64,000 nt of DNA from an uncultured cyanobacterium. GTDB lineage: Bacteria; Cyanobacteriota; Cyanobacteriia; Cyanobacteriales; CAWCAG01. Positions 1 to 11,236 of this stretch are shown one piece after another. A program made the translations under genes and the position numbers. Below the pieces are notes generated by a model that saw nothing but the letters and a program-made list of their open reading frames with translations, did not search any database and had not been told where the DNA came from. Within the stretch, counting starts at the first letter, position 1. The number at the start of each line of letters is the position of its first letter. Location of the stretch: NCBI GenBank assembly GCA_963803805.1, contig CAWDOD010000002.1:1280001-1344000 (forward strand), given 5' to 3'.

Positions 1-79
1 AAGAAATGTCCTTTAAAGCACATCTATCTTAACTAAATTTAACTTAATTCTCATCTTTTGTACAACCAAAAACAAACTT

Positions 80-124
80 AGCGCGTTAGTATCGTTCAGT
101 CTTAACTGAAAATACCAACGCGCT
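80..124 (-). terminator. Stem-loop downstream of petH, probable terminator
   Basis: AGCGCGTT..TTCAGT/ACTGAA..AACGCGCT inverted repeat; an A/C mismatch becomes G-U only on the minus strand, where a T-rich tract follows. Confidence 0.5.
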
Positions 125-273
125 TGTTCTAGAAAATATTGGTTGCTACAAACCAGTTAAAAGAAACTAGTGGTCTGTCAAAACTAAATTTGGGGATAGC
201 TTGACTATCAAATCTACTACCCCTGACCCTTGACCTCTAACCTCTGACCTGTCAATTTCCAATTGACAGAACA

Positions 274-1524
<1,251 letters not shown>

Positions 1525-2035
1525 CTACTTCACAATCCTCAACCCATCAAGATTTCACTGATGATTAGCTGAGACTTGAGAAGAAGTTACGCTTTATAAA
1601 GCGTATCATTGCTAGCGTAGCTAGCTGTAGAGTTGGGGTGATATTGAATATTCCTCTTAAAGGAGTTCTTTTAGAGAAGATACTTGTTTTGCAACCCATA
1701 AACTGTCAATATTGAGTCAATTTAATGTTTTCTTTAGCCAAAATGCACTGGCTACTTTAGCATAAGTACTGGGCGAGATATTCCAATCCCACTCAGCCTT
1801 GTAAGGAAAATCCTCTTCTGACCAAAGCCCACAAGTAAGTACTTAGTATGAAATACCTACTAGAGTTGACTTCGGTTTTGTTTAATGATGTTGCTTGAGA
1901 TGTAACTACGCTATTTTATTCTTAAAAAGCTTAATTGCTAAAAGCTACATTATTACTAGGGGGAGTAACTTCAAGGGGCAGGATTTTAACTTGCTTAATA
2001 CTTTTTAGAATATCAGTTTTGTATAGAGGGAAGCT

Positions 2036-3037
2036 ATGACCACTAAGTTTGATCGTGTGGTTTTAATTGGTGTTGCGGGGGACTCTGGATGCGGTAAATC
2101 GACATTTTTACGCCGCCTCAACGATTTGTTTGGTGAAGAGTTTATGACGGTTATCTGTTTAGATGATTATCATAGTCTTGACCGCAAAGGTAGGAAAAAA
2201 GCCGGAGTCACCGCACTCAATCCAAAAGCCAATAATTTTGACCTGATGTATGAGCAAATTAAAGCTCTCAAAAATGGTCAGGCAATAGACAAACCTATTT
2301 ATAATCATGAAACAGGAGAACTTGATCCTCCAGAAAGAATTGAACCAAATAGAGTTGTTGTCATTGAGGGTTTGCATCCTCTCTATGACGAAAGGGTTAG
2401 AGAATTAGTTGATTTTGGTGTTTATCTAGACATTAGCGATGAGGTCAAGATTAACTGGAAAATTCAGAGGGATATGGCCGAGCGAGGCCATACTTATGAA
2501 GATATCTTAGCTTCTATTAATGCCAGAAGACCCGATTTTACTGCTTATATCGAACCACAAAAGCAACACGCTGATGTGGTTATTCAAGTACTACCAACGA
2601 AGCTAACTGATGATAAAGAAAGCAAACTTTTACGGGTGCGCTTAGTTCAAAAAGAAGAAGTGCCAGGTTTTGATACAGTGTACTTGTTCGATGAAGGTTC
2701 TACTATTGACTGGCGACCTTGTGGACGGAAGCTAACTTGTGCTTATCCTGGTATTAAGATGTACTATGGCCCCGATAATTTTGAAGGCAACGAAGTTTCT
2801 ATTTTAGAGGTTGACGGTCAATTCGATAACCTCGAAGAGATGATCTACATCGAAAGCCATTTGAGTAATACAGCAACTCGCTACTATGGTGAAATGACTG
2901 AACTATTACTTAAACGCCGAGATTATCCAGGGTCTAAAAATGGTTCAGGGCTATTCCAAATTCTTGTCGGTTTGAAGATGCGCGAAGTTTATGAGCGTTT
3001 GACTTCTGCTGAGAGTAAAGTGGCAGCTAAGGTTTAG
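2036..3037 (+). CDS. prk: Phosphoribulokinase
   Basis: GVAGDSGCGKST P-loop, ICLDDYHSLDR motif; divergent from petH. Confidence 0.97.
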   Translation: MTTKFDRVVLIGVAGDSGCGKSTFLRRLNDLFGEEFMTVICLDDYHSLDRKGRKKAGVTALNPKANNFDLMYEQIKALKNGQAIDKPIYNHETGELDPPERIEPNRVVVIEGLHPLYDERVRELVDFGVYLDISDEVKINWKIQRDMAERGHTYEDILASINARRPDFTAYIEPQKQHADVVIQVLPTKLTDDKESKLLRVRLVQKEEVPGFDTVYLFDEGSTIDWRPCGRKLTCAYPGIKMYYGPDNFEGNEVSILEVDGQFDNLEEMIYIESHLSNTATRYYGEMTELLLKRRDYPGSKNGSGLFQILVGLKMREVYERLTSAESKVAAKV

Positions 3038-3077
3038 TTGGCTTTTTGTCGTTAAAATCAACTATTAATTGTGCTAG

Positions 3078-3120
3078 TCGCGAGATACTTTCAAAGGGGA
3101 ATCTCGCGATCGCCTTTTTT
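3078..3120 (+). terminator. Intrinsic terminator after prk
   Basis: TCGCGAGAT...ATCTCGCGA stem followed by T6. Confidence 0.6.
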
Positions 3121-3167
3121 CATAATTTTACTTTTGAAATAATTTAGTGTTTGTGGGGTTTTTGAAC

Positions 3168-3443
3168 GTGAGATTTTGGACGGCTAGCTTTTTGGTATTA
3201 TTGGGCGTTGCTGAATTTTATCAATGGGTGAAAGATTTCACTTTACCTTTACCCATTTATGTTTTTGGTGGGGCATTTCTTGCCCTTGCTTCCAATTACG
3301 AGAAAGGTATAGCTCTTTTAAATCCACCACAATCTGTTTCTGTTAGCTTTCCAGTAGGTTCAACAGAAGTCAAACCTGTACCCCCTTCTCAAAAAATCTC
3401 TCAACCTCCTAAGCCCATCTCTTTTAAGATTAAGCAGGATTAG
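3168..3443 (+). CDS. Small hypothetical membrane protein
   Basis: Two hydrophobic segments, Pro-rich tail; GTG 3168 chosen as start. Confidence 0.65.
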   Translation: MRFWTASFLVLLGVAEFYQWVKDFTLPLPIYVFGGAFLALASNYEKGIALLNPPQSVSVSFPVGSTEVKPVPPSQKISQPPKPISFKIKQD

Positions 3444-3467
3444 TTTTTCATTAGGGAATGAAGCTTG

Positions 3468-4058
3468 CTATTTACCCAAATCCCGTTTCATTTCTTCAAG
3501 TTCTTTATCTAATTCCCAACGCTGAAACTGACTATCTAAAGGATCTGCGGCGCGACTATAGTTAGTGGAGTTAGAATTTGTATAGCCTTGATTCCAACCC
3601 GAACTTTCTGAAGAATAAGTGCTTTGGGTTGTTGTCTGTTCGGTTTTGACTCTAGCGGCTTCTGCTTTTACTTCCTTCCTTTTCTCTTGGGTTTGTTGTA
3701 AAAGTTCCTTAGCTTTAGAAATACGCTGTTTGACACCTTCCATTTGTCCCCAGCGCTGATTTCCCAAACGTAGTAAAGACTCCTCCCTTTCTTGGGCTGC
3801 TTTAGCTAAGTCCTCTCTCCCCGAACTTTGAGCCTTGCTAATCCGCGAGTGCCAAGTTTGAATATCTTTAGCAAGGGTGAGAATCTCCTCTTGAAGTTTG
3901 GTTTCCTGGTGTTGCAAATCGATAAGTAGTCGCAGAGTATCTTTTTCTTGCTCCCGGAGTTGTTCATCTAGTGCTTGTAGCTCTAGATGGGGATGAGCGC
4001 GCAGAAATTCGTCTAACCGGCTTTCAAAAAACCGACTGAAATCGTCAAATAAGCCCAT
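3468..4058 (-). CDS. PspA-like coiled-coil protein (TIGR04376-type)
   Basis: MGLFDDFSRFFESRLDEFL N-terminus, long coiled coil. Confidence 0.75.
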   Translation of the reverse strand: MGLFDDFSRFFESRLDEFLRAHPHLELQALDEQLREQEKDTLRLLIDLQHQETKLQEEILTLAKDIQTWHSRISKAQSSGREDLAKAAQEREESLLRLGNQRWGQMEGVKQRISKAKELLQQTQEKRKEVKAEAARVKTEQTTTQSTYSSESSGWNQGYTNSNSTNYSRAADPLDSQFQRWELDKELEEMKRDLGK

Positions 4059-4141
4059 TACTTTTATACTGCTTTGGGTTGATTACTGCCGTAAGGCTTA
4101 TAGGTAGGATTAAGAGTTAAAAAACTTAACTCTAATCTCTC

Positions 4142-5236
4142 CTAAAAACCTTCTCCAGCATAGATAGAGCGTACTTCTCCGTTACGACGAATTGTGGCCT
4201 TTTCGTTAGCAATAGATACCAACTTCCAGCCGCTTGAGCCAATATCTTCCCCTAGCATTATACGCTGAGTGACTCCATTAAATTTAAATAAGGCTGCTGA
4301 GCGTTCACCTAAGTCTAGTACTCCTACCAAAGTATAGTCGATAGTTGGAGTTGCTGTTGCTACTGCGGTATTAGCTGGAGTTTCTGCTGAATTAGTAGGG
4401 GGCGGAGTGCTAGCAGAAGGTGCTGGTTTGGGAACAGGTTTAATGGCTGGCTGAGCAGTAGTTGCGGGCTTGGAAGCAGGTTTAGCAGTTGGTTGAGATG
4501 ATTGGGAACTTGATTGAGGGCTAGGACTAACTTGAGGATTTGCTCGCAGGGCTGCCCCCGCAGAGGGATTCTGATTAGGGGGAAAAACAGGTATATAAAC
4601 TCGCTCCAAAGTTTTTTGTCCTTGAGGAGCAACAGGAAAATTGCTGGGGAGAGGGTAAGGAGCCACACTAGGAGGTACTCCAGGAGGAACATTCCCGTTT
4701 ACCCCTTGAGCAGCTTTAGCTTGGCTCTCAATGGCATCTAACGACTGACGCATATACTTAGCAAAAGGCTCTTCCTCTTGAATCGAACTAATTTGGGCTA
4801 CTTCTTTACTACTGTTAGCAAAAAAAGGTAAGCGGAGCTTATTTTGAATAAATAGCCAAGCAACTACAGCAACTAAAGAAGCACAAGCTGTACCAAAGAG
4901 GGCTTTTTCTACAGTTGTAACCTGACGACCGGGAGAACGAGATTTTTCCTGTTGCTCTTCTGGGGTTAAAACTTTAGTCTCTCCAGTATCTTCAGATAAC
5001 TGTTCTAATAATTCTGAAGACTCTCTTAAGGCGGGAGGCAAACTTGCAGCAGGAACAACAATGTTTTGCAAAGAAACGTATTCTGGTTGTGCCGTTTGGG
5101 TTGGCAACTTACTGCCCCCTTCTAAGATCCGATCAATATCAGAAAACAGATCATTCATTAATGTATCGGCATCAGTTTCTACTGACCAAGGTTGGTTAGT
5201 AGCAGCTAGTTGGTTCTTACTGGCATCCTGAGACAT
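4142..5236 (-). CDS. Hypothetical membrane-anchored protein with C-terminal GspC/PilP-like beta domain
   Basis: Single TM, Pro/Ser-rich linker, C-terminal LVGVL..SAALF..GEDIGSSGWKLVSI. Confidence 0.65.
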   Translation of the reverse strand: MSQDASKNQLAATNQPWSVETDADTLMNDLFSDIDRILEGGSKLPTQTAQPEYVSLQNIVVPAASLPPALRESSELLEQLSEDTGETKVLTPEEQQEKSRSPGRQVTTVEKALFGTACASLVAVVAWLFIQNKLRLPFFANSSKEVAQISSIQEEEPFAKYMRQSLDAIESQAKAAQGVNGNVPPGVPPSVAPYPLPSNFPVAPQGQKTLERVYIPVFPPNQNPSAGAALRANPQVSPSPQSSSQSSQPTAKPASKPATTAQPAIKPVPKPAPSASTPPPTNSAETPANTAVATATPTIDYTLVGVLDLGERSAALFKFNGVTQRIMLGEDIGSSGWKLVSIANEKATIRRNGEVRSIYAGEGF

Positions 5237-5418
5237 GGATTCTATTTATTTAACCTATACAAATCGAGGATACGGTGGCTCACTCTTTTACTGAAAAACT
5301 ATTTGTGTTTCCCAATTAAATTATTTTTGCCAGACTTTTTTGACGATTCTAAACTTTTTTCGTCATTTGACCAATTTTTGTGTCAAAATTCCCAAGGCAT
5401 TTAATATAGAAAAATTTT

Positions 5419-6924
5419 ATGATTCCTTCAAGGGCTAGCGGTATTTTGTTACATCCTACCTCTTTACCTGGTCGTTTTGGTATTGGTGATTTGGGTAAAG
5501 AAGCTTATAACTTTGTAGATTTTCTAGCCGAGAGTGGCCAACAGCTTTGGCAAATTCTACCTCTGGGACCGACAGGGTTTGGTAACTCTCCTTACTTGGC
5601 TTATTCTGCCTTAGCAGGGAATCCTCTACTCATTAACCTAGAATGGTTGGTTTCAGAAGGATTACTAGATGAAGCAGATTTAGCTAATTTACCAGAATTT
5701 TCTGAAGACTCGGTAGATTTCGATTTAGTTATTGAAACTAAAATGCCTTTGTTGAAAAAGGCCAGCGGTAATTTTTACAACAGGGCATCTGAGTCGAGAA
5801 AAGAAGAATTTCACAAATTTTGTAGTCTTCATAGTTATTGGCTTGATGATTATGCCCTGTTTATGGCCATCAAAACTGACCAAAAAGGAGCGAGTTGGAA
5901 TAGTTGGGACGAAGATATTGCCCAAAGGGAACCCCTCGCTATTTCTAGGTGGCAACAAAAGCTGGAGCAAGAGATTTTTCACCACAAATACCTCCAGTCA
6001 GAATTTTTCCGTCAATGGTCGCACCTTAAGCTTTATGCCAACGAAAAAAGAGTCAGGATTTTTGGGGATATTCCCATTTATGTCGCCCATGATAGCGCTG
6101 ATGTCTGGGCCCATCAAGAAATTTTTTGCTTAGATGAAGAAACAGGGGAACCAGCTTTAATGGCTGGGGTTCCTCCTGATTATTTCAGCGCCACAGGGCA
6201 GCTTTGGGGCAATCCTGTTTACGACTGGGAACAACTAGAAAAAAATGGTTTTCAGTGGTGGATACAACGTATTGAAGGAATGCTCGATTATGTAGATATC
6301 ATGCGTATCGATCACTTCCGGGGCTTTGAAGCGTTTTGGGCAGTGGAAAAAGGAGAAACCGTTGCTACTGAAGGAAAATGGATTGAAGCTCCTGGAGAGG
6401 CTTTCTTCACCCTACTGAGGGAAAAATTGGGACAACCTCCTATTGTTGCCGAAGATTTAGGAGTAATTACTCCAGAAGTAGAAGCTTTGCGGGATAAGTT
6501 TGGCTTTCCGGGGATGAAAATTTTACAGTTTGCTTTCGATTCTGACCGTTCCAATGCTTTTTTACCCTTTAACTACGCTTCCCGTAACTGCGTCGCTTAT
6601 ACAGGAACCCACGACAATAATACAACTGTGGGTTGGTATGAAGAGCGTAGTGACGAAGAAAAACAGCGAGTGATTGATTATTTGGGTTGTATTTGTCCAG
6701 AGGGCATACATTGGAGCCTAATTCGCCTTGCTTTAAGTACTATAGCTAATAATGCGATTATTCCTTTACAAGATGTTTTGGGCTTAGGTACAGAAGGGAA
6801 AATGAATGCTCCGGGTAAAGCCGAAGGTAATTGGGCTTGGCGTTACAAAAGTGGGGATTTGACTCTAGATTTGCGTGATCGCCTTAAGGAGTTAACTTAT
6901 CTTTATGGTCGTGGGCCTCAGTAA
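5419..6924 (+). CDS. malQ: 4-alpha-glucanotransferase (GH77)
   Basis: RASGILLHPTSLP, RIDHFRG, AEDLG, GTHDN motifs. Confidence 0.96.
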   Translation: MIPSRASGILLHPTSLPGRFGIGDLGKEAYNFVDFLAESGQQLWQILPLGPTGFGNSPYLAYSALAGNPLLINLEWLVSEGLLDEADLANLPEFSEDSVDFDLVIETKMPLLKKASGNFYNRASESRKEEFHKFCSLHSYWLDDYALFMAIKTDQKGASWNSWDEDIAQREPLAISRWQQKLEQEIFHHKYLQSEFFRQWSHLKLYANEKRVRIFGDIPIYVAHDSADVWAHQEIFCLDEETGEPALMAGVPPDYFSATGQLWGNPVYDWEQLEKNGFQWWIQRIEGMLDYVDIMRIDHFRGFEAFWAVEKGETVATEGKWIEAPGEAFFTLLREKLGQPPIVAEDLGVITPEVEALRDKFGFPGMKILQFAFDSDRSNAFLPFNYASRNCVAYTGTHDNNTTVGWYEERSDEEKQRVIDYLGCICPEGIHWSLIRLALSTIANNAIIPLQDVLGLGTEGKMNAPGKAEGNWAWRYKSGDLTLDLRDRLKELTYLYGRGPQ

Positions 6925-6966
6925 ACTTAGTTGCTAGAAACCAATCCAAGTAAAAGCTTCGTCAAC

Positions 6967-7067
6967 AGGACTTACCCACGAGAGTGCCTCTAATCTACGA
7001 CAACGCTACGCGAACCCTGTTCACGACGGCTGAAACCACTAACTTCTCGTTTCATTGCGTAAGTCCT
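6967..7067. repeat. MITE/REP-like element with AGGACTTAC(G/C)CA terminal inverted repeats
   Basis: AGGACTTACCCA (6967-6978) vs TGCGTAAGTCCT (7056-7067), 11/12 complementary; between convergent malQ and phoH. Confidence 0.55.
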
Positions 7068-7099
7068 AGCTCACACAAATTAGGTGCGGAGTTCTTAAT

Positions 7100-8050
7100 T
7101 CAGTTTTCATATTCCTCATAGGCTGCCACAATCTTTTGTACCAAAGGATGGCGCACTACGTCCTTCTGGGTTAACTGACAAAAAGCAATGCCGTTGATAG
7201 ACTTGAGGATTTTCGTGGCCATTGATAAGCCGGATTCTTGATACTTGGGTAAATCCGTTTGGGTAATATCTCCTGTCACTACCATGCGAGAATTAAAACC
7301 TAAGCGGGTTAGAACCATTTTCATTTGTGCCGGGGTGGTATTCTGGGCTTCATCCACAATCACAAAAGCATTACTTAAAGTGCGCCCTCGCATATAAGCT
7401 AAGGGGGCCACCTCGATTTTGCCGTCAGCCATCAAGTCAGGAATGCGATCTGCTTTAATTAGTTCATATAAGGCATCATAAAGGGGACGTAAAAAAGGGT
7501 TTACTTTTTGCTGCAAGTCCCCTGGTAGGAAGCCTAACTTCTCCCCTGCTTCTACCGCAGGACGGGTCAGAATCAACCTTTCGTAATCATCATTCAATAA
7601 AGCTTGTACTGCTAAAATTGCTGCTAAAAAAGTTTTTCCTGTCCCGGCAGGACCAATACAAAAAGTAATATCGTGGGTTTGAATTGCTTTAACGTACTGT
7701 TTTTGCTTAAAGGTTTTTGCTCTAATTGTTTCTCCCCGTAGGGTAGTAGCTAAAACATTTTTTTGCAAATCCTTTAACTCATCTGTTCGGCCAGTATCTA
7801 CTGCTTGAAAAGCCGTTTGTAAATCTGCTTGGGAAATAGTCTTACCTTCTACCCAATAAGGTTTAAGGGAACGCACTATTTGTATAGAGCGTTCCACAGC
7901 CCTTTCTTGACCAGACACTAACAAATCTTGACCTCGGAGAACTAATTGCGCCCCCGTATGGCGGGATAAAAGTTGTAAGTTATCTTCTCGATTACCTGCT
8001 AGGGCGATCGCGCTTTCAGTACTTGGTAGCTGAATGGTCTTTGATATCAA
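7100..8050 (-). CDS. phoH: PhoH-like ATPase
   Basis: GPAGTGKT, RPAVEAGEKLGFLPGD, YMRGRTL, DEAQN. Confidence 0.95.
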   Translation of the reverse strand: MISKTIQLPSTESAIALAGNREDNLQLLSRHTGAQLVLRGQDLLVSGQERAVERSIQIVRSLKPYWVEGKTISQADLQTAFQAVDTGRTDELKDLQKNVLATTLRGETIRAKTFKQKQYVKAIQTHDITFCIGPAGTGKTFLAAILAVQALLNDDYERLILTRPAVEAGEKLGFLPGDLQQKVNPFLRPLYDALYELIKADRIPDLMADGKIEVAPLAYMRGRTLSNAFVIVDEAQNTTPAQMKMVLTRLGFNSRMVVTGDITQTDLPKYQESGLSMATKILKSINGIAFCQLTQKDVVRHPLVQKIVAAYEEYEN

Positions 8051-8192
8051 AGCAACTGTTAATTGAGGTTGAAAGTATTAAGTAAAAAGAGAATGCAGAA
8101 TTTTCTCTCTGGGCTATTCTGTAATGAGAATATAGCCTTTGTTGACGGCTGTTTATCCCTTGTTTATCCCTAATTGCTGATGCCTAAAAAAA

Positions 8193-8621
8193 TTAATTGA
8201 TTAGTTTTTGAGGACGAGATTTGAATTTAGGGGGTGCTACACGGGAAGGAGAGGAAGAGGGTCTTCTGCCATTATACTGACTACTGGAGCGAGAATTACG
8301 CTCAGAACTACTGTTGGTGCTACCATAAACATCTAAGTAAATAGACTGGCCTACGAGCTTTCCAGTCGCTTCTAGAACTGACCTTATCGCTTCAATATTG
8401 CGTCCACCGCGACCAAATACTCTTCCTTTATCTGAGTCATCAAAAGCTAGCCGAATCCATACTCTTTGGTTACCCCTAGCATTTTCGCAGTCTACTTTTA
8501 AAGAGTTTGCTGATTCTAATAAGGGCTGAATGAGAAACTTAACCATTTCCAGATAATCTGGCTTGGTTAGGCTAGCTTGGTCAGATGACACTTGAGTCTT
8601 AAGAGGCATTGACTTGTTCAA
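8193..8621 (-). CDS. khpA: KH-domain RNA-binding protein
   Basis: [19 protein letters not shown] motif; downstream of rpsP. Confidence 0.85.
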   Translation of the reverse strand: MNKSMPLKTQVSSDQASLTKPDYLEMVKFLIQPLLESANSLKVDCENARGNQRVWIRLAFDDSDKGRVFGRGGRNIEAIRSVLEATGKLVGQSIYLDVYGSTNSSSERNSRSSSQYNGRRPSSSPSRVAPPKFKSRPQKLIN

Positions 8622-8850
8622 AAACTTGCGCTTTTTTCAAAATGGCACGTACTGTATCTGTAGGCTGGGCCCCTTGTTGGAGCCGCTTAACAATAGCAGG
8701 TACGTCTAAGCGGGTTTCGTTAGTTCTGGGGTTATAAAAACCTAACTCTTCTAAGGGTCGTCCGTCACGACGCACTCTACTATCCATTGCGACTATGCGA
8801 TAGCTAGCTTCACGCTTTTTGCCGTATCTTTTTAATCTTATTTTGATCAT
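8599..8850 (-). CDS. rpsP: 30S ribosomal protein S16
   Basis: [30 protein letters not shown] at 8850. Confidence 0.97.
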   Translation of the reverse strand: MIKIRLKRYGKKREASYRIVAMDSRVRRDGRPLEELGFYNPRTNETRLDVPAIVKRLQQGAQPTDTVRAILKKAQVFEQVNAS

Positions 8851-8998
8851 CTTAGTTAAAAATCCTCCTGATCTGATTTTAAAGGTTTTAGGCAACCTTG
8901 GCGATAGGGCATTTAGCCCTAGGGATTGGGTATTTGATTATACTCTACTTGTAGAGGGAGCGGGGGTAGGGTCAATCAAAGATTAAAAATTCCGAAAA

Positions 8999-10471
8999 CT
9001 AGAAAAGTTCTCCGAAGCCTTTTTTCTTTTTCCCTTTCTTCTTCTTTTTCTTGGAACCCCCTGAATAGCCACGGAAGCCAGGGCGAGGAGCATTCCCACC
9101 TATGCCACCAAACATTCCCCCCATATCGCCTCCCATACCACCCATTCCAGGCATTCCCATTCCGGGCATTCCTCCCCCCTGTCCCATTTGCTGCATCATG
9201 CCTCGCATCCGGGTAAAATCTTTGACTAATTTGCCGACATCGCTTTCTTTGAAGCCGGAACCTTTAGCGATGCGGCGGCGACGGCTGGGAGATTTGGCTA
9301 GTAAGTCAGGGTTTGACCTCTCTTCTGGGGTCATGGAGTTAATCATCGCCTCAGTACGCTTAAGTTGTACTTCCCCTTTTTCCAAGTCTGAACTACTCAA
9401 CTTGCCCATACCGGGAATCATCTTCATCAATCCCCCCAAAGAACCCATATTTTTCAAGAGGCGCATTTGTTTGAGGAAGTCATCAAAGCCAAATCTGGCT
9501 TCCATGATTTTGGCTTGCATTTCGGCAGCATCAGCAATATCAACTTCTTCCTGGGCTTTTTCTACCAGGGTTAGAACATCCCCCATACCCAAAATGCGAG
9601 AGGCCATACGGTCAGGATAAAAGGGTTGCAGGGCTTCTACTTTTTCTCCTACTCCCACAAATTTAATGGGTTGACCAGAAATGCGACGTACCGAAAGTGC
9701 CGCCCCCCCACGAGTATCTCCATCTAATTTGGTGAGAATTGCCCCGGTGATGCCGATTTGTTCGTGGAAGGTGTAGGTAAGGTTAGCGGCTTCTTGCCCT
9801 GTCATGGCATCTACAACCAGGAGAGTATCGTCAGGTTGAATCGTTTCTTTAATTTGCCCTAACTCCCCCATCATTTCTGGGTCAATTTGGAGTCTTCCGG
9901 CAGTGTCAATGATGACGGTATCAACACCCATTTCCTGGGCTTTCTCTACCCCTTGGCGGGCAATTTCTACCGGGTTAGCATCCGTACCCATTTCAAATAC
10001 AGGTACGTTAATTTGTTCTCCTAAAGTGACTAACTGATCAATAGCTGCTGGGCGGTAAATATCCGTAGCCACCATTAAGCAATCGCGGTTTTGCTTACGC
10101 AAATGTAGTGCTAGCTTAGCTGTGGCAGTGGTTTTTCCTGTACCTTGCAAACCTGCCATTAAAACTACAGTTGGTTTAGTTTCAGCTTGGGCGAGGGGAA
10201 CATTGGTTTCTCCCATCACCTTAACTAATTCATCATGAACAACTTTAATAAATTGCTGATCAGGACGTACCCCGGAAACTACTTCAGCCCCTTGGGCTTT
10301 ACTTTCTACCTCAGCGATAAAGTTCTTAACCACTTGGAGGTTAACATCAGCCGCTAAAAGGGCGCGGCGTACTTCTTTTAAGGCTTCTTGAATATTAGCT
10401 TGAGAAATTTTATCTTGACCGCGTAGCTTTTTCCAAGCATCCTCTAAACGGTCGGCTAGGGCATCAAACAT
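8999..10471 (-). CDS. ffh: Signal recognition particle protein
   Basis: GLQGTGKTT, DTAGRL, TKLDGDTRGG, Met-rich M domain. Confidence 0.97.
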   Translation of the reverse strand: MFDALADRLEDAWKKLRGQDKISQANIQEALKEVRRALLAADVNLQVVKNFIAEVESKAQGAEVVSGVRPDQQFIKVVHDELVKVMGETNVPLAQAETKPTVVLMAGLQGTGKTTATAKLALHLRKQNRDCLMVATDIYRPAAIDQLVTLGEQINVPVFEMGTDANPVEIARQGVEKAQEMGVDTVIIDTAGRLQIDPEMMGELGQIKETIQPDDTLLVVDAMTGQEAANLTYTFHEQIGITGAILTKLDGDTRGGAALSVRRISGQPIKFVGVGEKVEALQPFYPDRMASRILGMGDVLTLVEKAQEEVDIADAAEMQAKIMEARFGFDDFLKQMRLLKNMGSLGGLMKMIPGMGKLSSSDLEKGEVQLKRTEAMINSMTPEERSNPDLLAKSPSRRRRIAKGSGFKESDVGKLVKDFTRMRGMMQQMGQGGGMPGMGMPGMGGMGGDMGGMFGGIGGNAPRPGFRGYSGGSKKKKKKGKKKKGFGELF

Positions 10472-10555
10472 AATTAGTTATTCTATAAACGATAGATTTA
10501 GGGGTAGGGAGTGGGGAGTAGGCAGCAGTTAATAGCTATTTTAAAACTTTACCGA

Positions 10556-11152
10556 TTAATTCAACTCGGAGTTGAACTCGTTGAAGGAACGCCTTTTCAA
10601 CTCCACTGACTCAGAACGAGGTAGGAGATCAAATACTTCCCGGAAAACACTATCAATGTCTTCAAACTTAGCTTGTCCAGTTTGATTAAAGACAATCTCA
10701 CGATTTTGATTTAGTAAGACAGTTTGAGGAATTGCCCCTTGGTAGTAATAACCTACTTCTTCAGGACTGTATTCAGCCTTGATCGGAATAGAATCGACAT
10801 TGATGGGAATAAAACTCGCTACTTTGCCGTAAAATCGCTGTAACTGAGAGATAACCTCAGAAAATCTTTTACAATCGCTGCTATCTTCTACATAAAAAAC
10901 TAACAGAGCAACTTTATCTCTTTGGAAAGATTCTACTAAGGTCATGCGAGGGGGGACTAAAGAGCCATTCCCGGCATAAAGAGCAAAGATATTGCCATCA
11001 AACCTGTCGTCTTCAAGCCCTGCTTTGGCTGAGGGGGTTCCGAAAAGCAAGAAACTGCTTAGCCCAGCTATGAGTATTATTGAGCAAAAACGAAAGCAAA
11101 TTTTTCTTAACTGAAGGTTATTTAGCCAGTGGTGCAACCGCGAAAAAATCAT
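10556..11152 (-). CDS. Thioredoxin-fold thylakoid membrane protein (photosystem I accumulation factor-like)
   Basis: Signal/TM then DDRFDGNIFALYAGNGSLVPP; start trimmed to ATG 11152 because the longer ORF overlaps the tRNA. Confidence 0.7.
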   Translation of the reverse strand: MIFSRLHHWLNNLQLRKICFRFCSIILIAGLSSFLLFGTPSAKAGLEDDRFDGNIFALYAGNGSLVPPRMTLVESFQRDKVALLVFYVEDSSDCKRFSEVISQLQRFYGKVASFIPINVDSIPIKAEYSPEEVGYYYQGAIPQTVLLNQNREIVFNQTGQAKFEDIDSVFREVFDLLPRSESVELKRRSFNEFNSELN

Positions 11153-11236
11153 AAGGTTCTTTTTACCAATTAAATCAGCTATTATTAATAGTACAGCTAG
11201 GGGCTGTGGCTCAGTTGGATAGAGCAAGCGCCTCCT

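Noticed and set aside
8150-8171. 11-bp tandem repeat TGTTTATCCCT upstream of phoH as a Pho box
   Set aside because: Poor match to the cyanobacterial PyTTAAPyPy(T/A) repeat and only two copies
9102-9620. 172-aa plus-strand ORF and the many similar shadow ORFs in the track
   Set aside because: Antisense or frame-shifted overlaps of well-supported genes with no recognisable motifs
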